This document shows, piece by piece, positions 28,356-33,909 of a stretch of 33,909 nt of DNA. Made by a program: the position numbers and the translations under genes. The stretch lies in NCBI GenBank assembly GCA_018240825.1, contig JAFEEZ010000136.1:1-33909 (forward strand). Reading direction: 5' to 3'. Within the stretch, counting starts at the first letter, position 1, and each line of letters starts with the position of its first letter. The notes below the pieces were generated by a model. That model made no database searches. It was not told the DNA's origin and saw only the letters and a program-made list of their open reading frames with translations. The DNA comes from Pseudomonadota bacterium. GTDB taxonomy: Bacteria; Pseudomonadota; Alphaproteobacteria; Sphingomonadales; Sphingomonadaceae.

Positions 28356-29389
28356 ACGATCGCTGCGCGCAACGTGGCGCGGAGTCCGTTCGTGCTCGAA
28401 TCATATTCGACCGCACCCTTCAGGCTTTTCGCCATCGCGCCGACCAGTCGGCTGCCCAGTCCCGACCCTTGCGTGCGCGGGACCGAGCCGAAACCGGCGC
28501 CGTCGTCCTCCACCGCGAGCAGAAACGATTCGGCCTCGCGGGTCAGCGAGACGCGCACTTCGCCCGGACTCGTCGGACCATAGGCGTATTTGAAAGCGTT
28601 CGAGACGAGTTCGTTGACGATCACGCCGAGCGATACGGCGCGGTCGGCGGGGAGACGGATCGATTCCGCTTCGAGCCGGAGCGCCCGCTTGGGCTTTTCG
28701 CTGGCCCATGATCCGCCAAGCTCGTCGACCAGCGCTTCAAGATAATATTTCATGTCGACACCCTCGGCGTCGTCGGTCGCGTAAAGGCTGCGATGGACTT
28801 GCGCGATCGCATCGATTCGGCGTTCGGTATCGGCCAGCGCCTCGCGCGCGGCGGAATCGGCGAGTGAGTTCGCCTGGAGACGAACCATCGCGGTCACGAG
28901 CTGCAGCGAGTTGGCGACGCGGTGATTCACTTCGCGCAGCAATGCTTCGAGCCGGGCGTTCGACGCGCGCAGATTTTCCTCAGCGAGCCTCTTGTCGCGT
29001 TCGAGCGCGGCGCGGACGCGGATATGATCGAGCGTCGCAGCGAGCAGATCGAAAAAGTCCTCGCCGACCGTTTTGACGATGTAATCGGCCGCCCCCGCCT
29101 TGAGCGCGGCGATGGCGATCCGTCCCTCTTCCGATCCGGTGACATAAACGATCGGCGGACACGCAGGCGACGCGCGAAGCGCCGAGAGCGTCTCCAGCCC
29201 GTCCATCCCGGGCATATAATGATCGACCGCGATCAGGTCGTATTGCTTCGCCGCGGCCATGGCGACGCCTTCCGCTCCGCTTTCGGCGCACTCCACGTCG
29301 AATCCGCGGCGCCCCAGCGCACGGCTCGCCAGTCGTCGCAATCCGGCATCGTCATCGATGTAGAGCAAACGGCGTAGCGACTCGACCAT
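28352..29389 (-). CDS. Receiver + HisKA_2-type histidine kinase
   Basis: REC (YIDDD, VDHYMPGMDG, YVTG, DYIVK), then EVNHRVANSLQ H-box, NELVSNAFKYA, DDGAG, GSGLG. Confidence 0.92.
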   Translation of the reverse strand: MVESLRRLLYIDDDAGLRRLASRALGRRGFDVECAESGAEGVAMAAAKQYDLIAVDHYMPGMDGLETLSALRASPACPPIVYVTGSEEGRIAIAALKAGAADYIVKTVGEDFFDLLAATLDHIRVRAALERDKRLAEENLRASNARLEALLREVNHRVANSLQLVTAMVRLQANSLADSAAREALADTERRIDAIAQVHRSLYATDDAEGVDMKYYLEALVDELGGSWASEKPKRALRLEAESIRLPADRAVSLGVIVNELVSNAFKYAYGPTSPGEVRVSLTREAESFLLAVEDDGAGFGSVPRTQGSGLGSRLVGAMAKSLKGAVEYDSSTNGLRATLRAAIV

Positions 29390-29394
29390 CGGAC

Positions 29395-29838
29395 CTAGCC
29401 TTCGACTTCCGGCACCTGGATCACCGACAGGAACAGGCCGAGCTGTCGGATCGCCTGAGCGAAGCTTTCGTAATTGACCGGCTTGGTGATGTAGACGTTG
29501 CAGCCAAGATCGTAGCAGCGCTGGATTTCGACCTTGTCGTCGGTGGTGGTCAGCACGACGACCGGCGTGCGCTTGAGCGGCGACCCGTCGGCCTTGATTT
29601 TGGTCAGGATGTCGGTCCCCGACATATCGGGCAGATTGAGATCGAGCAACACCAATGCAGGGCCGTTGAGCGCCGGACCATTCTTGTCGTTGTACAGGTA
29701 ATCGAGCGCGGTCGTGCCGTCGGTGAAATGACGAATGTCGTTCAGGATGCCGGCGCGGCGTATATTCTTTTCGATCAGGCGGGCATGGCCTTCATCATCC
29801 TCGATCATAACGATCGAGACGCTGTGGTGGTCGTTCAT
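29395..29838 (-). CDS. Single-domain response regulator (Rcp-like)
   Basis: IEDD, LLDLNLP, VLTT, CYDLGCNVYITKP. Confidence 0.93.
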   Translation of the reverse strand: MNDHHSVSIVMIEDDEGHARLIEKNIRRAGILNDIRHFTDGTTALDYLYNDKNGPALNGPALVLLDLNLPDMSGTDILTKIKADGSPLKRTPVVVLTTTDDKVEIQRCYDLGCNVYITKPVNYESFAQAIRQLGLFLSVIQVPEVEG

Positions 29839-31346
29839 GTGCTTGGTCCCGTTTCAGAAAGCGTCGCCGGCAGCACGACGCGGAATGTGCTGCCGACGCC
29901 TAGGGTCGATTCAAGGTCGATCGTGCCGCCCAGACGATAGGCGAGCGCGCGGACATGCGCGAGGCCGATGCCCTCGCCTTGCTGGTCCTGTGCGCCGGAG
30001 CGGCGGAACAGGTCGAACACGCGCGCATGATCCTGACCGGCGATGCCGCGACCGTTGTCCGAGACCTCGATGATACGACGCTGGCCATCGGCATGCGCGC
30101 TGACCACGACTCGTCCGGGACGGTCGGGTGAGAGATATTTGACCGCGTTTTCGACTAGATTGGACACGATCTGCTCGACCGCAACCCGGTCGCTGACCAG
30201 GGACGGCATCGGCCGTTCGACGACGATTTCCGCGCCGCGGTCGTCGGCGATGTGGCGCAGCGAGTCGCCAATGCCTTGCGCGATCGCCGCCAGGTCCAGC
30301 CGTTCGGGCGCCAGCGTCCGCCGCCCCTCGCGCGACAGGCGGAGGATCGCGTTGATCAGCCGGTCCATCTTCTGCGTCGAGCTGCGGATGAAGCCGATCG
30401 CTTCGGGCAGGTCCTCCTTCGCGGCCAAGCGAGCATCGTCGGTTACGAGGTGGGGGACGCGTTCATCGGCGCGGTCGACCAACTCGGCCAGCACGTTCCG
30501 CGCGGCATCGAGTTCGGCGGTGAAGCCCATTACATTGACCAGCGGGGAGCGCAGATCGTGGCTGACGATATAGGCGAAGTGCTGAATCTCTTCGTTGGCG
30601 CGGGTCAGGTCGGCGGTGCGCTCGGCGACCGCGCCTTCGAGGTCGGCGTTGAGCAATTGCAGCCGATCGCGCGCGGCGGTCAGGTCGCGGGTGTATCGCA
30701 TGACCGTCGCCAGCGAGACGATCGCGACCAGCAGGATCAGCGCGCCGGTGGCCGCCAGAATGATGTAGAAGGTCCGCAGACTGTCCTGCTGTGCGGCATC
30801 GCGTTGCTGAAGCAGGTTGCGTTCGTCGCCGACCATGTCGCTCATCGTGGCGCGAAGGGTACGCATGCGACGCGCATAGGTTTCGACGGTAAAGTCGGCC
30901 ATGGCCGTTTCGCGGCGTCCAGCCTGGACCTGGGCGATGGTGGCCTGCTGGCGCTCGACGATGGCCGCAAGCTGCCGGCGCAGGCTGGCGATGCGCACGG
31001 CCTGCCGCAGATTGTCCGCGGTCAGCGCGGCAAGCGCCGCGATGCTCGGCTCGATCTGCGCCGCAATGACGCGATGGTTGTCGAGATAGGACGGGTTGCC
31101 ACTCAACAGATAGCCCCGCCGCGTCGTTTCGGCCTCCTCGATCAGACCGCGCAAATGCCCGATCGCGACCTCGACCTGATAGGTATGGGCGACCGATTGG
31201 CTGTGCGCAGCGGTGCGGCTGGAAACCCATGCCGCAGCGATCCCGGCGAGCACGAGCGCGGCAAAACCGATGATCATCGCCGTGACGAGGAAGCGGCGTG
31301 CCAGCCCTTCAGGCGCTCCCAACCGCTTCAACACCACCCCGGACAT
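29835..31346 (-). CDS. CHASE3-domain sensor histidine kinase
   Basis: Two TM helices flanking AETTRRGYLLSG (CHASE3); FAYIVSHDLRSPL, NLVENAVKY, DNGRGI, GIGLA. Confidence 0.93.
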   Translation of the reverse strand: MSGVVLKRLGAPEGLARRFLVTAMIIGFAALVLAGIAAAWVSSRTAAHSQSVAHTYQVEVAIGHLRGLIEEAETTRRGYLLSGNPSYLDNHRVIAAQIEPSIAALAALTADNLRQAVRIASLRRQLAAIVERQQATIAQVQAGRRETAMADFTVETYARRMRTLRATMSDMVGDERNLLQQRDAAQQDSLRTFYIILAATGALILLVAIVSLATVMRYTRDLTAARDRLQLLNADLEGAVAERTADLTRANEEIQHFAYIVSHDLRSPLVNVMGFTAELDAARNVLAELVDRADERVPHLVTDDARLAAKEDLPEAIGFIRSSTQKMDRLINAILRLSREGRRTLAPERLDLAAIAQGIGDSLRHIADDRGAEIVVERPMPSLVSDRVAVEQIVSNLVENAVKYLSPDRPGRVVVSAHADGQRRIIEVSDNGRGIAGQDHARVFDLFRRSGAQDQQGEGIGLAHVRALAYRLGGTIDLESTLGVGSTFRVVLPATLSETGPST

Positions 31347-31411
31347 GGCGCAGCCCTAGCCGGGGGCGAAACGAAGCGCCAGCAAAGCTGCCTTGATGCA
31401 GATCAGCCTGG

Positions 31412-32170
31412 TTACAGCAGCATGCCCTGCAGATTGGGCCGCCCGACCGCGCCGCCGCCACGCCGCCGCGCGACTTCGGTTTCGGCGGTGAAGCGCACGT
31501 CGGGGTCGCGGTCGGTCAGGAAGCCGGTCAGGCTTTCCTCGGAGATTTCCTTCCAGTCCTTGCCACGATCGGGACCCCAGCGCACGCGCGGCAGCAGACC
31601 GGGTTGATTGGACCATTCGAGCAACTGCGCGACCGACGCCTCGTTGAGCATGTCGCGCAAGTGAAACGCGGTGACGTACGCATCCGGGAACGCGCGGTGC
31701 GCGGGCAAGCCGCGTTCGTGATCGATCCCGTCAGGCCTGCGCCAGTAGCGCAGCACCTGATTCGAAAAGCTCGGCGAATCGGGCCACAGCCGCATCGCGC
31801 ACTTCCAGGTGCAGATCCAGTCGGCGCCGTGCGTCATGTTTGGCGTGCAGAACTTCATCTCGAAATCGGCGCGATGCGCGGCGAGCGCGAGGCGGCGCGG
31901 ATAGGGATCGAGCACCGGGCGGCCGACATCGATCCAGAGCGGCGCGTCAGCGACTTGCTCGTCGAGGATGTGGTGGACGGCTTGCGTGATCGGCGGGATT
32001 GGACGGCCGGGATTGACCATCCGGCTGCCGCCCTCGCCGTACAGCTCCCAGCGCCCATCGGGTCCCAGCGCGACATCCTGCCAGCCCACCTCGCACACGC
32101 CATGCGCGCCGGGCGTCTCGCCGGTGGTTTCGAGGTCGATGACGCGGATGATCGAGGAGGCGGAGGCCAT
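31412..32170 (-). CDS. DEDDh 3'-5' exonuclease (exodeoxyribonuclease X-like)
   Basis: VIDLETTG, VHHI, AHRADFE, WICTWK, NQVLRYW, AHRAFPDAY. Confidence 0.85.
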   Translation of the reverse strand: MASASSIIRVIDLETTGETPGAHGVCEVGWQDVALGPDGRWELYGEGGSRMVNPGRPIPPITQAVHHILDEQVADAPLWIDVGRPVLDPYPRRLALAAHRADFEMKFCTPNMTHGADWICTWKCAMRLWPDSPSFSNQVLRYWRRPDGIDHERGLPAHRAFPDAYVTAFHLRDMLNEASVAQLLEWSNQPGLLPRVRWGPDRGKDWKEISEESLTGFLTDRDPDVRFTAETEVARRRGGGAVGRPNLQGMLL

Positions 32171-32199
32171 TGGAACTAGATGGGCGCTTTCCCGCTATT

Positions 32200-32288
32200 C
32201 GTCACCCCCGCGAAAGCTGGGGCCGATCTCCCGAGCGCGAAGCTTGCTCTTCGGCACGAGATGGGTCCCCGCTTTCGCGGGGGTGACG
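32200..32288. repeat. CGTC-type REP doublet (REPIN/BIME-like palindrome)
   Basis: 18-bp perfect terminal IR CGTCACCCCCGCGAAAGC / GCTTTCGCGGGGGTGACG; each arm is itself a hairpin. Confidence 0.85.
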
Positions 32289-32295
32289 GCCGGTA

Positions 32296-33678
32296 TCAAT
32301 GCCCCGCTTGCGGTCCGCGCACGAGCCCGCTCGCCGCGAGTTGTGCGTCGATCTGGCCGAGCAGTCGGTCGAGCGCCGCCTGATCCTTCGCCTCGGCGCG
32401 CGCGACCAGCACGTCCTGCGTGTTCGATGCGCGGAGCAGCCACCAGCCGTCGGGCGTGTTGACGCGTGCGCCGTCGGTGCGATTCACATCGGCGCCCGCA
32501 GTCTCGAGCCGGTCGAGCACTTCGTCGATCACCGCGAACTTGCGGCTCTCATCGACCTGAAAGCGCATCTCCGGCGTATTGACCATCACCGGCATGGCGG
32601 ATTTGATCTCGGTCATCGATTTGCCGATCATGTGCACCGCGCGGATCAGCCGGACCGCGGCATATTGGGCGTCGTCGAAGCCGTAGAAATCGTGCGCGAA
32701 GAAGATGTGGCCCGACATTTCGCCGGCGAGCGGGCTGCCGGTTTCCTTCATCTTGGTCTTGATGAGCGAGTGCCCGGTCTTCCACATCAACGGCGTGCCG
32801 CCCAGCTCGGCGATGCGGTCGTAGAGCGCCTGGCTGGCCTTCACATCGGCGATGATCGTCGCGCCGGGAAGTTCCTTCAGCACAGGCTCCGCTAGAATGG
32901 ACAGAATCTGATCGCCCCAGATCACTCGTCCTTCGCCGTCGATTGCGCCTATCCGGTCACCATCCCCGTCGAAAGCCACACCGAAATCGAGCTTCTTCTC
33001 GGCGACAAGCGTTTTGAGGTCAGCGAGGTTCTTTTCCTCGGTCGGGTCGGGATGATGGTTGGGGAAATTGCCGTCCACATCGGTGAACAGCAAGTGATGC
33101 TCACCCGGCAGGAGTTTGGTGAGCTTCTCGATCACCGGACCGGCGGCGCCGTTGCCCGCGTCCCAGCCGATCCGGTATGCGCCGCCTGCATAGCCCGCCA
33201 GCAGGCGGCCGACATAATCGTCCTGAATGTCGGCATCGGTGACGGCGCCTTCGCCTTCCTCCCAATCGCCGTCAGCCGCCATCCGGCCGAGCTTCTGGAT
33301 ATCCTCGCCAAAGAACGGGCGGCGCTGCAGCACCATCTTGAAGCCGTTATACTCGGCGGGGTTATGGCTGCCGGTGATCTGGATGCCGGCGTCCACCTCC
33401 AGCTCCGCTTCGGCATAATAAAGCTGCGGCGTCGGACCGAGGCCGGTCCGCACGACGTCGACGCCCGAGGCGAGCAATCCGTCGACCAACGCCGCTTCCA
33501 TATCGAGCGATGAGGTGCGTCCGTCGCGCCCCACCGCGACGCGCGTGCCGCCGGCGCGGCGCACGACGGTGCCGAAGCTGCGCCCGATCGCGCGCGCGTC
33601 GTCCGTCGACAGCGTTTTGCCGACGATCCCGCGGATATCATATTCGCGTAAGGACGAAGGGTCGAAGCGATGGGTCAT
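32296..33678 (-). CDS. Phosphomannomutase/phosphoglucomutase (PgmG/AlgC-like)
   Basis: REYDIRG, ITGSHNP (phospho-Ser), FDGDGDR, GEMSGH, LRASNT. Confidence 0.96.
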   Translation of the reverse strand: MTHRFDPSSLREYDIRGIVGKTLSTDDARAIGRSFGTVVRRAGGTRVAVGRDGRTSSLDMEAALVDGLLASGVDVVRTGLGPTPQLYYAEAELEVDAGIQITGSHNPAEYNGFKMVLQRRPFFGEDIQKLGRMAADGDWEEGEGAVTDADIQDDYVGRLLAGYAGGAYRIGWDAGNGAAGPVIEKLTKLLPGEHHLLFTDVDGNFPNHHPDPTEEKNLADLKTLVAEKKLDFGVAFDGDGDRIGAIDGEGRVIWGDQILSILAEPVLKELPGATIIADVKASQALYDRIAELGGTPLMWKTGHSLIKTKMKETGSPLAGEMSGHIFFAHDFYGFDDAQYAAVRLIRAVHMIGKSMTEIKSAMPVMVNTPEMRFQVDESRKFAVIDEVLDRLETAGADVNRTDGARVNTPDGWWLLRASNTQDVLVARAEAKDQAALDRLLGQIDAQLAASGLVRGPQAGH

Positions 33679-33757
33679 GGAAACTCCCGGAAATGCGTTG
33701 TGCGCCCAATCCGTGAGGCAGCGCTAAAGTTCAATAGCTACGAACGCACAAACGCGC

Positions 33758-33824
33758 CTCGCCGGCGAAGGCCGGGGTCCGGCTGCGAGCGGCCCGATGC
33801 TGGACCCCGGCCTTCGCCGGGGAG
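33758..33824. repeat. REP-like palindromic doublet
   Basis: 19-bp perfect IR CCGGCGAAGGCCGGGGTCC (33762-33780) / GGACCCCGGCCTTCGCCGG (33802-33820), 3 bp after the J-domain gene stop. Confidence 0.8.
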
Positions 33825-33827
33825 ATA

Positions 33828-33909
33828 TCATAGATTGGCGTCGTCGCGCTTGAGCAGCGTATCGCGTGCGGCGTTGACGCGCTGGGCGAGCTCGGCCGAG
33901 CCACCATGA
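33828..33909 (-). CDS. J-domain (DnaJ/Pam18-like) protein, 3' end (truncated by window end)
   Basis: Hand translation HGGSAELAQRVNAARDTLLKRDDANL* matches the GGS..LA..VN.A.D.L helix that follows the HPD motif. Confidence 0.75.
   Translation of the reverse strand, partial: HGGSAELAQRVNAARDTLLKRDDANL

Overview
GC-rich alphaproteobacterial chromosome segment; gene content, gene order and the repeat types point to Sphingomonadaceae, probably Sphingomonas (inference). It spans the replication-origin region: DUF3576-leuS-lptE-holA on +; mnmE-mnmG-rsmG-parA-parB on - with two parS sites; hemE-hemJ-rho on -; a predicted oriC between hemE and the PDRP-maf-aroE-coaE-dnaQ-hpf-ptsN cluster; then a SleB-like hydrolase, mmcB with a LexA box, rsmB-rpe-heparinase-purH, DUF1674, a CHASE3 kinase / receiver / REC-HisKA_2 kinase trio, an ExoX-like exonuclease, a phosphomannomutase and two REP-type palindromes. 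Almost all of it is conserved housekeeping DNA. The main unexplained stretch is the ~790 bp between rho and two tandem TerC/YjbE paralogs (12082-12870). It holds a perfect orphan LexA box, a ~130-nt multi-stem element that folds best on the - strand, a 9-nt motif able to switch pairing onto a Shine-Dalgarno sequence, a 47-aa ORF and an overlapping 40-aa single-TM micro-ORF missing from the ORF track. This is a candidate SOS-linked, RNA-controlled small membrane protein module; the function is a hypothesis only.
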